DNA of 64,000 nucleotides from Macrostomum lignano (lineage: Eukaryota), in the NCBI GenBank assembly GCA_002269645.1, contig NIVC01001981.1, forward strand, positions 1 through 64,000, in the 5' to 3' direction. This document shows, in pieces, positions 11,379-24,161 of the stretch (the first letter of the stretch is position 1; every line of letters begins with the position of its first letter). Under the pieces are notes generated by a model. It did not search any database. It was not told the origin of the DNA and was given only the letters and a program-made list of their open reading frames with translations. The position numbers and the translations under genes were made by a program.

Positions 11379-12539
11379 GGAGACCGGACTGCCGCTGACT
11401 TCTCGGTGTTGTTAATAAATTATTATTTGCTTTTAATAATTATAATTATACTCATAGCATTGCTGTTGTCCTGTTAGGCAGTTTAACCAAGTTTCTAAAG
11501 GACAAAACAAATAAACAGAAAGTTTTTCTGTGACCATTTATAATATTTTCGAAAAAATATGGTTATTAGATTTTAATTTTACTCTATTTTATTAATTCTG
11601 CTGAAGATGCAGGTAAATTTTAAGCAAAGCTCTTGGAAAAATATTCGACAGATAATTGAATTTCGATCTGAGCTTACAAATTACCGTAGGTATAAGCATC
11701 CATCACAATCTCGAACCTAATAATGCTGTTATTATGGAATGTGGCATTTGCTGTTTTTCGTTGGAACACAGAAAGCTCAGGAATCCAAAAATATGTATAT
11801 GATAAAAGACAGCTCATAAATATATATATATAAGCGCACCTTTGGAAAGAATCAGTTAAAAAGTACGATTGTAGAACACCCTTAGGTAGTATTATTAATA
11901 CATTGAAACCAAATCATCATGGAGCTAAAGCCAGAACGAAGAAAAACACTTTGAATTTTTTAAAATAAACTTTTGAACGGTAAAACTGTTAGAAGTTAGC
12001 AAAATTACAAGCGTAAATTATTGGCAGACTAAGATAGCTAAATTAAGCCACAAAGCGCTAAACAAAGCATACATGTACTTTCCGCGTTGTTTCGGAGGCA
12101 ATGTACATTGTTTCTATTTTTAGAAGCGACGTTATCTTGGACAGCGTGCGCCAGTCTAAACCCCCCAATGTACATTGGTTCTTTTTTAGACATGACGCGC
12201 GCATGAATGCAGCTTTTAGGCCAGTATATTTTTTATTTTTAGAATCGAGCATGCACAATACGTGTACATTTATAGCACATAATTGAGAAGTCTGTTCTTT
12301 TATGTAGCAATGTACATTGTGTCTATTTTTAGAATCTGACCTACGCGCAAACTGGCTCGTAGAAGATAACTAGACGACAAAATAATGGACGGGTTTCTCC
12401 AATCAGGGATGCTATTTTTAGAAGCAACGCTTTCTAAGTAAGGATGATACAAAAGCAGTTTATGCGAACGGTTCAATGCTAATGTTGCAGCTCTACTCTG
12501 GTACATAAATCTTGTAAAAAAACTTGCAAACTTCTTAGT

Positions 12540-15210
12540 TTACTGCCGCTTAGCAGCCGACGCTACCACCTGTTGTTTTCGCACCTGGTAGCCTCGAAAA
12601 CCAGCTTGGATTTTTGCCGCCGCGGCTGCCTCCTCGGATTCGTCGTCTGCAGGTCGGGCTCGCAGACGATCCACCGCGGCCTCGGCCACCGCTTGGTGCT
12701 GCTGGGCGAGACTGACGTCCGTCTGATTGAAAAGCACGAAATCGACGAGTGACTTCACCTCCTTGAGTACGTCGTCCGGCTCTTTGTCCCCAAGCACCTA
12801 GAGTTGTTGATATTGGATGTATATTCAAGGTCGTTTTTGATGTCGTAGCGCAAAACGGGAGTGAGGTGATGGGTGCAGGAGTGAGGTGGTGGGTGCAGGA
12901 GTGAGGTGGTGGGTGCAGGAGTGAGGTGGTGGGTGCAGGAGTGAGGTGGGTGCAGGAGTGAGGTGGTGGGTGCAGGAGTGAGGTGGTGGGTGCAGGAGTG
13001 AGGTGATGGGTGCAGGAGTGAGGTGATGGGTGCAGGAGTGAGGTGGTGGGTGCAGGAGTGAGGTGGTGGGTGCAGGAGTGAGGTGGTGGGTGCAGGAGTG
13101 AGGTGGGTGCAGGAGTGAGGTGGGTGCAGGAGTGAGGTGGGTGCAGGAGTGAGGTGGTGGGAGCAGGAGTGAGGTGGGTGCAGGTTCAGGAGTGAGTCAG
13201 GGCTTTTTTAGCAACAACTGCTCACCACACAGAGCAAGCCAGCCTCGTCAAAGTGCTGAACCACCGGCAGAGTCTCCTCCTTGAATCGGCGCATTCTTTC
13301 AGCGGCTGTGTCCGCCGACTGCGACCCAGCCTCAGCCAGGCGCTCCATCATGTCGGCCTCGTGACAGTCGATGAGCAGCGCGAGATCTGGCGCGCCAACC
13401 CGGGCATACATGGCTCTGAGGCCTTCTTCCGTTTCTGGGAAGCCCTGCAGTGCGCGTACATGTACATGTAAGTGTTACATATGTACATGCACTTATCATT
13501 GTGGCGCCTCTTATTTTATGTATATTTAGACGCTACATGTTTCCCATTTGGGCCACATACATGTACACGTAAATTTCTGTACTGTTGTACATGTACATTA
13601 TATTTTGGCACTAAACGATTCCCATCATCAATAAAAGCTCGAGTCCTCCCTCACCTTCACAATCATGGGTTTTCCGTCCCCAGCGGCCGCCTCTAATCGA
13701 TCCACGGCCTCATCGGGTTCCAAGTCCGAGGCCAAGTCCACAATAGTCAGTTTATTATCGTTCAATCGTCCCAGACGTTCCAGGCAGGTCCTCCGGCCGC
13801 TGCCCGGGCCGCCCAACAGCAGCACCATCGGAGGCGGCTTGCTAGACTGTCCGTCGGCCACTCGGTCAGCTGGTTGTCCGAGATTGACCAGACGACGAAT
13901 GCTGGTCACCTGGCCGGCGGCAGCGGCAGGACCGCCGGTTTTCGCAGACGACGTTTCTGTCGGCTCCGCTCGGGTGGACTCGGACGCCAGCAGGGCGTCG
14001 AGCACCCGGACGGCCTCCTGGTTGACGGCCTCGTCGCTGGCGTCGGGATCGACCGGCAGCACCAGCAGTTTGCCGTCTTCGTCCAGCACCCGACAGGCGG
14101 GCAGGCAGGCCGTCTTAAACTCGGAGATTCGCCGGGCGATGTCACCGGGCTGGTGTTTGTTCTCGGACAGGAGTCGCTGCTGCAGGCTGGACTCTTCGAA
14201 GTCGAGGAGTAGGGCGTGATCGACTCGTTGGATCTGAAAGCCGGTTTAGTTTGCAGAGTCAGTATGCTGTGCATCAAGGTCAGGTCAGTCTAGTTTAGGT
14301 CAGGTCAGTCTAGTTTAGGTCAGGGTCAGCCTAGTTTAGGTCAGGCCAGTCTAGTTTAGGTCAGGCCAGTCTAGTTTAGGTCAGGTCAGTCTAGTTTAGG
14401 TCTGGGTCAGCCTAGTTTAGGTCAGGCCAGTCTAGTTTAGGTCATGTCAGTCTAGTTTAGGTCAGGTCAGTCTAGTTTAGGTCAGGTCAGTCTAGTTTAG
14501 GTCAGGTCAGTCTAGTTTAGGTCAGGTCAGTCTAGTTTAGGTCATGTCAGTCTAGTTTAGGGCAGGTCAGTCTAGTTTAGGTCAGGTCAGTCTAGTTTAG
14601 GTCATGTCAGTCTAGTTTAGGGCAGGTCAGTCTAGTTTAGGTCAGGTCAGTCTAGTTTAGGTCAGGTCAGTCTAGTTTAGGTCAGGTCAGCCTAGTTTAG
14701 GTCAGGTCAGCCTAGTTTAGGTATACAACCCTGAACTCTAAGATAGCGTCATCAAAATCAATCCCGAAGATGACGTCATCAAGGCCCTCACATGCTCCAT
14801 GTAGTCCTCCAGCTGCGCCAGGCTCCTCGGATATCCCTCGATCACCAGGCCGCGGCAGCTGGCATCGGCTGTGGCCTCATTAATAGCGCCAATCACCGCG
14901 GCGAGCACCTCCAAGTCTGGCGCCATTTCACGCGCCCTTTCATCGTTTCCCGCGCGCAGCAGGGCGCCAGTGCTGATCAGTTGGCAGTCGTAGCGATCAG
15001 CGACCAGACGGGCGACGCGAGCCTTGCCGCTACCGGGGCCTGCGATGACCAGCAGCACCGGGCAGTTCAGCGGCCGCGCCAGCTCGGGCACGCGGGCTCC
15101 GGCGGCGGCGCCGATCGGTGGCAGCACCGGCTTCTTGTCGAATAGGGAGTCGGCGCGGGACGAAGCTGCGGGCGCGAGATGGGAGAGGAAAGGGGTTCAA
15201 TAGGCTGATC

Positions 15211-15248
<38 letters not shown>

Positions 15249-15256
15249 CGTCTTAG

Positions 15257-15291
<35 letters not shown>

Positions 15292-15364
15292 ACGTCTGCC
15301 TTTCTGTCTGTCTGCCTTTCTGTCTGTGTGTGTGTGTGTCTGTCTGTCTGTCTGTCTGCATTTC

Positions 15365-15400
<36 letters not shown>

Positions 15401-15843
15401 TGTCTGTCTGTCTGTCTGACTGTCTGTCCTTCTGTCTTAGTGTCTGTCTGTCTTATTGTCTGTCTGTCAGTCTTAGTATCTGTCTGTCTGTCTGTCTGCT
15501 TGCCTGCCGGCAACTCAGCAACTAACCCCGACTGGAGGTCGGACGGCTGCCCCTCGGCGGAGTCACGGGCGGCAGCGGGGTCTTGGTCCTCTTGGCCTCC
15601 AGGAACAGGTCCCAGCGCACGCTGGACACGCCTTTGGCTTTGATTTTCTCCAGGCAGTCTTGTAGGTAGGCCACGTGATCACCGGGCCTGTGGTACATTA
15701 GACCCGTCATCAGGCACTGAAGTGGGAGTTATATTTTCGTGTAGCTGCATTTAACGTGAAAGAAACGAGAATGAAACATCTAATTTTACCTCAAAAAGCT
15801 GAGGAATCTCGCGCTTGGTAATGTAGTCCTTCGCGTCAGACAT
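12540..15843 (-). CDS. AK5: Adenylate kinase 5-like protein (docking domain, two degenerate AK domains, IQ motif); exons 15843-15790, 15716-15527, 15165-14792, 14233-13655, 13444-13226, 12797-12540 (557 aa)
   Basis: The N-terminus [18 protein letters not shown]|[11 protein letters not shown] matches the AK5 docking domain. P-loop-like AGPGSGK and GGPGSGR, IEGYPR and KGFP motifs, C-terminal [16 protein letters not shown]. All five introns are GT-AG with consistent phases. Confidence 0.85.
12860..13195. repeat. 20-bp minisatellite in AK5-like intron 5
   Basis: Unit GGGTGCAGGAGTGAGGTGGT, about 17 copies. Confidence 0.95.
14278..14722. repeat. 20-bp minisatellite in AK5-like intron 3
   Basis: Unit AGGTCAGGTCAGTCTAGTTT, about 22 copies. 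Confidence 0.95.
15210..15500. repeat. (TCTG)n/(TG)n microsatellite in AK5-like intron 2
   Basis: Direct reading. Confidence 0.95.
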
Positions 15844-18639
15844 TTTTGCTAGAAGTGCTGAAAATCAGGTAATGGAAAAAGCAATTATATAAGTCTAGGC
15901 AGAATTGGAATCAAAATTTGGATGCAGCTGGGAAGAATTAAACAGAACAGGTGATTGCTTCTAATGTCAAAATTTGAATTTAGACCTAGTACTTTGAAAA
16001 TATGAGCTACGCTCATAAACATTTATCTAATATAGTAAAAGCAAAATTTTTATGAGTACTAAATTGAAAATCAAAAATGATTTAACAGTTTTAAGTCGAA
16101 TAAATATGACTGATTTAGGGAAATTATTTTCTCTAAATTATTATTGAGCATTTGTGTAAAGATTTTAACCAGCATTAAACAGAAGAGGCTTCTGTATGAT
16201 TACTATATCATTTAAAACAATATATTTATTTATTTACTTTACCAGGAATTCTAAATAAAATTCGGAAATTCTGTTAGAAATATGCAATTTATGCTTAAAA
16301 TTACAGTCGCGCTCTAGGTACTTCATAATTGGTTGTTGTATGCTGCCTATAGTCATATAGGCAAATTCATTGTTTTTTGGTTTTTTACCTTTTTGGTCAG
16401 ATTATTCAAGGCTATAAATTACTTTTACTGAAAATAAAGAACAGCCTGAGATTTTTCTACAAAATTCTACTAGATTAAACCTAATAAAGATAATAAATCA
16501 ATTGTATCGCTTAAGAAATTACAGAGTAAAAGAATCCTATTATATTGCACAACAGCTCATATGCATATTGCATATAATACAGAGCAGTAATGCAAGTGCC
16601 GAAGTGCGGGTTGTTTAACAAATAAGGAAATCAGGACCAATACTAAAGTTTTAAACGTTGAACTTTTCAGTTGAACTTTTTGACTCGTTTAGCATGATAT
16701 ATAAATGTATTTTACTGGATTGCTTCAAAGAAAACAAATAATAGCAGATATCTACCTAATTTTATCGAGTTGAGCAACTGCTTCAAATTTTGACACGGTT
16801 GTTAAGGCAAAATTAGTAAAACAAGAAAAAAATTCTTAAAATGCAAAGGATTTGCTTTTGATTTCCTGTTATTGTTGTTGCGGCGTATTCTTTATGGCAC
16901 TCTTTTTTTAAGATGTCAAAAAGCTTTGTTTTACTAATCAAAGCTAAAATCAGAATAAATTTGTGAAGTACTGCTAAAGTAAGTAGTCAAACTGAGCTGT
17001 TTTACCATTTTTAGTTCTTGCGCTAAAGTCTGGCTTTTTATCACATCAAATCGAAACTATTTAGATTAGGTTCCTAATTAGATCTAAACTTTGATTTTAA
17101 CTGCTATACATGTACATGTGAGCTAGTACATAAAAAGGTAATTTTTGCATTTTGCATGCAATGGGCTAAATGAAAAAAGGAGAATTAATTATTTTCTTTC
17201 GTGTAATACTAGAAATTCTTGCATTCAGAAGAATAAAAATCTGCGAGTTTCCGGCGAGATTTTCTGGGCAATTTTCTTGCACGTTTTGAAGGCAAATTTT
17301 CTCTTAAAAGATACTTTTGCAAGAAAAAGACCTCGGTGACATTTGAATAAAAGTAGGAATCTCTCGCAAAATCTGAAAAAACTTGAGTTGTTCGCGAGCA
17401 CCTGATTCCGAAGCTTTCTTCCTTTGTTCGCCTCACTTTGCCCAATCTTTTGTTGCTTTAAGTTGTCTAAAAGCATGACAAAAATATGTTCGCTAACATC
17501 AGATCAGAAGAGAAAAGAATACCAGCCTTAAGTGAGTATTATATGGCTTAGCCTTGCTGCTCTAGTCAAAAAAATCGCATGTTTTGTCAGGACGTCGATG
17601 ATGCAGTCTGCATCCTCTTCTTGCACGTGCGTCTTGCCCTTCCATTTGTGCATCTGCAGCCTCCGTTTTTCTTTTGCTAGACAAACGATTTTTCGATCGC
17701 AAAATGCTATATAGCAAGGCAAAAAATATACACCAGCCAAAAGCTTTCTCAAAAGTGGAAGAAGCCCCCGGTTCTGTACCCAGTCTCGCAAGATTCCACC
17801 CAAACCGGCCCAAGAGGTTGGCCCATAGACGACGCTTTTGCTTCATAAAATCTTAAAAGTCTTGCAAGCCAAAGAAAACTTTATTCATATCTTTGCAAAT
17901 ATTTTTGGCTAGCGAGAAATTCTACATGAAAAACTTGACAGTTAGAAAATAATATTCGTTTTTTCTTGTTTTATATTTATATTTCGATAGTATATGTATT
18001 TGAAGGTTGTTTAAATGCATCTGCACAATTAGAAAAGCAGTAATTAGCTGAGTAATAAGATTCTTCCTACGTGTGCATGTACTCGCGGTACTTGCATAAT
18101 GCTAATAATGCTATATTGCTATAATGCTATAATGCTATAATGCTATAACCCGGCCGTGCCCCGATCGGCTGGCTGGCGGAAGGCACACATAGGCACGCTC
18201 GTACTGGATGGAGACATCGCTCCTTGCGAAAGCTTTGAGAAGTTTATTAGAATATCACATGTAACATGTACAATATTTCTGGCTTACTTTACGAGCGTAT
18301 ACTGTTATATGGAATAACAGATGAAACTGGCCGAAAAGAAACCAATAATTACCACATCTAGCTATAGCTATTGCAAGTATTCTGGTTGCACAAATCATAA
18401 TCATTATGCAAGCTAGGTCAGATTTCAACACTATATAGATTTGCAATTTCCTCTGGACAAGCATCCGCAGCATTCTAGAAGCACATACATGTAATGCTGT
18501 ATTCTCGATATGCTGTAATTTGCTTCTCTCAAAAGTAGCCACCTAAATAAATATATTTTAGCATAGCTCGGCGGCCTGCGAGATTGTTGCACGATTTCAC
18601 ACCAATGATTTCGTACATGAGAAATTGTGGGCTGTTGTA

Positions 18640-20230
18640 CACCAACAAACTGCCGCCTCAGACACCCAACAAACTGCCGCCCCAGACACCCAACAAACTG
18701 CCTCAGACACCCAACAAACTGCCGCCTCAGACACCCAACAACTGCCGCCCCAGACACCCAACAAACTGCCTCAGACACCCAACAAACTGCCGCCCCAGAC
18801 ACCCAAAAAACTGCCGCCTCAGACACCCAACAAACTGCCGCCCCAGACACCCAACAAACTGCCGCCTCAGACACCCAACAAACTGCCGCCCCAGACACCC
18901 AACAAACTGCCGCCCCAGACACCCAACAAACTGCCGCCCCAGACACCCAACAAACTGCCGCCCCAGACACCCAACAAACTGCCGCCTCAGACACCCAACA
19001 AACTGCCGCCTCAGACACCCAACAAACTGCCGCCCCAGACACCCAACAAACTGCCGCCTCAGACACCCAACAAACTGCCGCCCCAGACACCCAACAAACT
19101 GCCGCCTCAGACACCCAACAAACTGCCGCCTCAGACACCCAAAAAACTGCCGCCTCAGACACCCAACAACTGCCGCCTCAGACACCCAACAAACTGCCAC
19201 CCCAGACACCCAACAAACTGCCGCCTCAGACACCCAACAAACTGCCGCCCCAGACACCCAACAAACTGCCGCCCCAGACACCCAACAAACTGCCGTCCCA
19301 GACACCCAACAAACTGCCGCCTCAGACACCCAACAAACTGCCGCCCCAGACACCCAACAAACTGCCGCCCCAGACACCCAACAAACTGCCGCCTCAGACA
19401 CCCAACAAACTGCCGCCCCAGACACCCAACAAACTGCCGCCTCAGACACCCAACAAACTGCCGCCTCAGACACCCAACAAACTGCCGCCCCAGACACCCA
19501 ACAAACTGCCGCCTCAGACACCCAACAAACTGCCGCCTCAGACACCGAACAAACTGCCGCCTCAGACACCCAACAAACTGCCGCCTCAGACACCCAACAA
19601 ACTGCCGCCCCAGACACCCAACAAACTGCCGTCCCAGACACCCAACAAACTGCCTCAGACACCCAACAAACTGCCGCCTAAGACACCCAACAACTGCCGC
19701 CTCAGACACCCAACAAACTGCCGCCTCAGACACCCAACAAACTGCCGCCTCAGACACCCAACAAACTGCCGCCTCAGACACCCAACAAACTGCCGCCTAA
19801 GACACCCAACAAACTGCCGCCCCAGACACCCAACAACTGCCGCCTAAGACACCAAACAAACTGCCGCCTCAGATACCCAACAACTGCCGCCTTAAACACC
19901 CAACTGCCGCCCCTGCAACCCAACAACTGCCGCCTCAGACACCCAACAAACTGCCGCCTCAGATACTCAACAACTGCCGCCTTAAACACCCAACTGCCGC
20001 CCCTGTAACCCAACAACTGCCGCCTCAAAAACACCCAACAAACTGCCACTCCTGACACCCAACAAACTGCCTCTCCAGACACCCAACAAACTGCCGCCCT
20101 GACACCCAACAAACTGCCACTCGTGACACCCAACAAACTGCCTCTCCAGCCACCCAACAAACTGCCATCCCAGACACCCAGAAAACTGCTGCGACAGCCA
20201 CCCAACAAACTGCCGCCCTGAACACCCAGA
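18640..20230. repeat. 24-bp minisatellite
   Basis: Unit CTCAGACACCCAACAAACTGCCGC, about 65 copies, with 21-22-bp deletion variants. Confidence 0.95.
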
Positions 20231-20692
20231 AAAGTTTTTAGAACATACAACTTTTCGAATTTTACCTACAAGGGCAATTTGCTATTTCTGTCATTTTCTG
20301 CGCTTGACTGGGAGGACACAGCAGCAATAAAAATCGTTGTCCGTTACTATGACAACTCATTTTAAACTTCCTGCAATAGAGCCGAAACGGCCATAAAAAA
20401 CATTTATGAGCAGAAACTTTGGCCCAGCTCAGATGTTTAATTTTTGCCGCATTGAAATTTTATTTATAGCAAAATTATTTTTTTAAAACCACATTGTCAG
20501 GAGTTTTCTAACAAAAGTCAGTTTTCTGCCTTGTCCGGAAAACAACCAGGATTGAGTTTAGCTTTGTTTAAATTCAGCTTTTTTATATTTACGACTGTTT
20601 TTCTTGCTTCCATTGTTCGCAAATACTTGTAAATGGAGCCGGGTGCTTAGCTGCCTGCACCACCGCATGATTAGTTTAATACTCGTAGTTTG

Positions 20693-20890
20693 TGGCGCCA
20701 AAACTGGTTGAAGTGAGTGGCGCCAAAACTGGTTGGATCAGTGAGTGGCGCCGAAACTGGTTGGATCAGTGAGTGGCGCCGAAACTGGTTGAATCAGTGA
20801 GTGGCGCCAAAACTGGTTCGATCAGTGAGTGGCGCCAAAACTGGTTTGATCAGTGAGTGGCGCCAAAACTGGTTCGATCGTGAGTGGCGC
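20693..20890. repeat. 28-bp GGCGCC-containing tandem repeat x7 followed by a CTAAAA run
   Basis: Unit GTGGCGCCAAAACTGGTTGGATCAGTGA. Confidence 0.9.
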
Positions 20891-21299
20891 TAAAGCCAAA
20901 AACTAAAACTAAAAATAATATAATGGGTAGATCTAGCAGTAAAGTTCGAGCTAGCTCACTTTGGTGTAGGAGCTCTAACGGTTTTATAAATAGCTTATTT
21001 TTAGGCTAAATTATTAGCTAAATAATAATATTTAGTAGCTGCAGCGCCCAGATATGACAGTAAGCTGATATTATTGAAGTGTACAGCATTTCTATTTCAC
21101 GCCTCGCTGCTCAGAATAAAAAATTAATGTTTACTACCGTATAGCCACTGCGCCAAGCTCAACTTTCTCCGTAGAGCGGCAGGATAAATCGGCTTTTTAT
21201 TACAGCTGAGCTACTGGGATCTATTTGGGAAGTTGATTGTAATTGAACTTTTCCAACTGCAATGAAGAAATACTCAGTAATAAGTATGTAAATGATTGA

Positions 21300-22615
21300 G
21301 GGGATTTGGAGTCGGGGATTTATAATCTGGGAGTTGGAATCTGGGATATGGAATCGGGGATTTGGAATCTGGGATATGGAATCGGGGATTTGGAGTCTGG
21401 TATTTGGAATCTAAGATTTGGAATCTGGGATTTGGAATCTGTGATTTGGAGTCTGGGATTTGGAATCTGGGATATGGAATCGAGGATTTGGAGTCTGGGA
21501 TTTGGAATCTAAGATTTGGAATCTGGGATTTGGAATCTAGGATTTTGAATCTGAAATTTGGAATCTGGGATTTGGAATCTGTGATTTGGAGTCTGGGATT
21601 TGGAATCTGGGATATGGAATCGAGGATTTGGAGTCTGGGATTTGGAATCTAAGATTTGGAATCTGGGATTTGGAATCTAGGATTTCGAATCTGAAATTTG
21701 GAATCTGTGATTTGGAATCTAAGATTTGGAATCTGGGATTTGGAATCGGGGATTTGGAGTCTGGGATTTGGAATCTAAGACTTGGAATCTGGGATTTTGA
21801 ATCGGGGATTTGGAGTCTGGGGTTTGGAATCTGGGATATGGAATCGGGGATTTGGAGTCCGGGATTTGGAATCTGGGATATGGAATCGGGGATTTGGAGT
21901 CTGGAATTTGGAATCTGGGATATGGAATCGGGGATTTGGAGTCTGGGATTTGGAATCTAAGATTTGGAATCTGGGATTTGGAATCGGGGATTTGGAGTCT
22001 GGGATTTGGAATCTAGGATTTTGAATCTGAAATTTGGAATCTGGGATTTGGGATCGGGGATTTGGAGTCTGGGATTTGGAATCTAAGATTTGGAATCTGG
22101 GATTTGGAATCGGGGATTTGGAGTCTGGGATTTGGAATCTAGGATTTTGAATCTGAAATTTGGAATCTGGGATTTGGGATCGGGGATTTGGAGTCTGGGA
22201 TTTGGAATCTAAGATTTGGAATCTGGGATTTGGAATCGGGGATTTGGAGTCTGGGATTTGGAATCTAGGATTTTGAATCTGAAATTTGGAATCTGGGATT
22301 TGGGATCGGGGATTTGGAGTCTGGGATTTGGAATCTAAGATTTGGAATCTGGGATTTGGGATCGGGGATTTGGAGTCTGGGATTTGGAATCTGGGATATG
22401 GAATCGGGGATTTGGAGTCCGGGATTTGGAATCTGGGATTTGGAATCTGGGATTTGAAGTCTGGGATTTGGAATCTGGGATTTGGAATCTGGGATTTGGA
22501 ATCTGGGATTTGGAATCTGGGGGTTGGAATCGGAGATTTGAATATGGGATTGGGAAGAATCTGCTATGTGAAATCGGGGATTTGGAATATAGAAACTGGA
22601 GTTTGGAATTCTGAG
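21300..22615. repeat. 7-bp-based satellite (GGAATCT/GGGATTT) with higher-order blocks
   Basis: Direct reading. Confidence 0.95.
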
Positions 22616-22887
22616 CGGAATGTCCAAAACCTAAGGAAAAATATTAAATGAAATTTTTAACGCACAATGAGCGCCAAGTCCTGTGCGAGGCATTGAAGTT
22701 ATTTCACTCAATAAATTATCTTAAAGGTGCACTATGCCGAATTTATTGATTAAGATTTTTTCAATGGTTTAATTGGAACTTATGATGTGGCGGCCTCGCT
22801 TACTCAGTTTTATTTTTCATTGCCTCAGGTGTGCCGGCTTATCAGTCCGCCGATAGGTTATTATCAAGTAATCAGCTCGCAAGGCAA

Positions 22888-24161
22888 TTAGCGCTTCTTG
22901 TAGTCGGCAAATCGTTTGTAGTCGGCAAAACGTTTGCGAAAGTCGGCGAAACGTTTGTAATCGGCGAAGCGCTTCTTATAGTCGGCGAATCGTTTGATGT
23001 TCAGACCGACAGGCTGGCGGTCCAGCAGCTGCTTCAGGCTCAGGGACCGGAGCGGCTCAATTGCAGACCAGCGCTGACGGCCGGACGACTGCGGCTGCGG
23101 CATCCGCTCTGGGGGGTCTGAAAGTTTTGTTGCTAACTGAGAAAACAAAATTCACCTGCAGAGGGAGTCAGCTGCAGAGGGGGGAGTCAGCTGCAGAGGG
23201 GGGAGTCAGCTGCAGAGAGGGGAGTCAGCTGCAGAGGGGGGAGTCAGCTGCAGACGGGGGAGTCAGCTGCAGAGGGGGAGTCAGCTGCAGAGGGGGAGTC
23301 AGCTGCAGAGAGGGGAGTCAGCTACAGAGAGGGGAGTCAGCTGCAGAGGGGGGAGTCAGCTGCAGAGGGGGGAGTCAGCTGCAGAGGGGGGAGTCAGCTG
23401 CAGAGGGGGGAGTCAGCTGCAGAGAGGGGAGTCAGCTGCAGAGAGGGGAGTCAGCTGCAGAGGGGGAGTCAGCTACAGAGGGGGGAGTCAGCTGCAGAGG
23501 AGATAGTCAGCTGCAGAGGGGGGAGTCAGCTGCAGAGGGGGGAGTCAGCTGCAGAGGGGGGAGTCAGCTGCAGAGGGGGAGTCAGCTGCAGAGGGGGAGT
23601 CAGCTGCAGAGGGGCGCCAGCTGCAGAGGGGGGGAGTCAGCTGCAGAGGGGGGAGTCAGCTGCAGAGGGGGGGAGTCAGCTGCAGAGAGGGGAGTCAGCT
23701 ACAGAGAGGGGAGTCAGCTGCAGAGAGGGGAGTCAGCTGCAGAGGGGGGAGTCAGCTGCAGAGGGGGGAGTCAGCTGCAGAGGGGGGAGTTAGCTACAGA
23801 GGGGGGAGTCAGCTGCAGAGGGGGGAGTCAACTACAGAGAGGGGAGTCAGCTGCAGAGGGGGGAGTCAGCTGCAGAGGGGGGAGTCAGCTACAGAGGGGG
23901 GAGTCAGCTAGATAGGGGGGAGTCAGCTACAGAGGGGGGAGTCAGCTGCAGAAGCATTTCAGAAATCAAAATCTACAGAATTTTGAAACCAGATCAGGTA
24001 CTTTTGCAATAAAAGATTAGATTAAACAAAATTAGTACTATTTGGTGCGCATCAATCAATCAAGAATTATGGTTTATTGATGACCCACCTCGCCCGTTCG
24101 CAGCAGCAACCGCGCTGGCCAGGAGGACTGCAGCCAGGATCAAAATCAGCTGTCGAATCAT
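22888..24161 (-). CDS. Secreted neuropeptide/prohormone-like precursor; exons 24161-24089 and 23117-22888 (100 aa), encoding FADY x4 and FADF x1
   Basis: Exon 1 encodes a signal peptide, MIRQLILILAAVLLASAVAAANGR, ending in the phase-1 donor G|GTGGGT. The phase-1 acceptor TTTCAG|AC restores the frame. The C-terminus is KR-FADY-KKR-FADY-KR-FADF-RKR-FADY-KR-FADY-KKR-stop, with synonymous codon differences between copies. AATAAA on the minus strand at 22814-22809. Confidence 0.85.
23157..23952. repeat. About 19-bp G-run minisatellite in the precursor intron
   Basis: Unit GGGGGAGTCAGCTGCAGAG, about 40 copies, variable G-run length. Confidence 0.95.

Noticed and set aside
12191-12210. TGACGCGCGCATGAATG resembling the 28S sequence downstream of the fragment at 1351
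   Set aside because: The match is only about 15 bp with an insertion and lies within a degenerate local repeat; it is compatible with chance.
17145-17856. Several overlapping 60-94-aa ORFs in AT-rich DNA
   Set aside because: No recognisable domain and no consistent splice structure on either strand.
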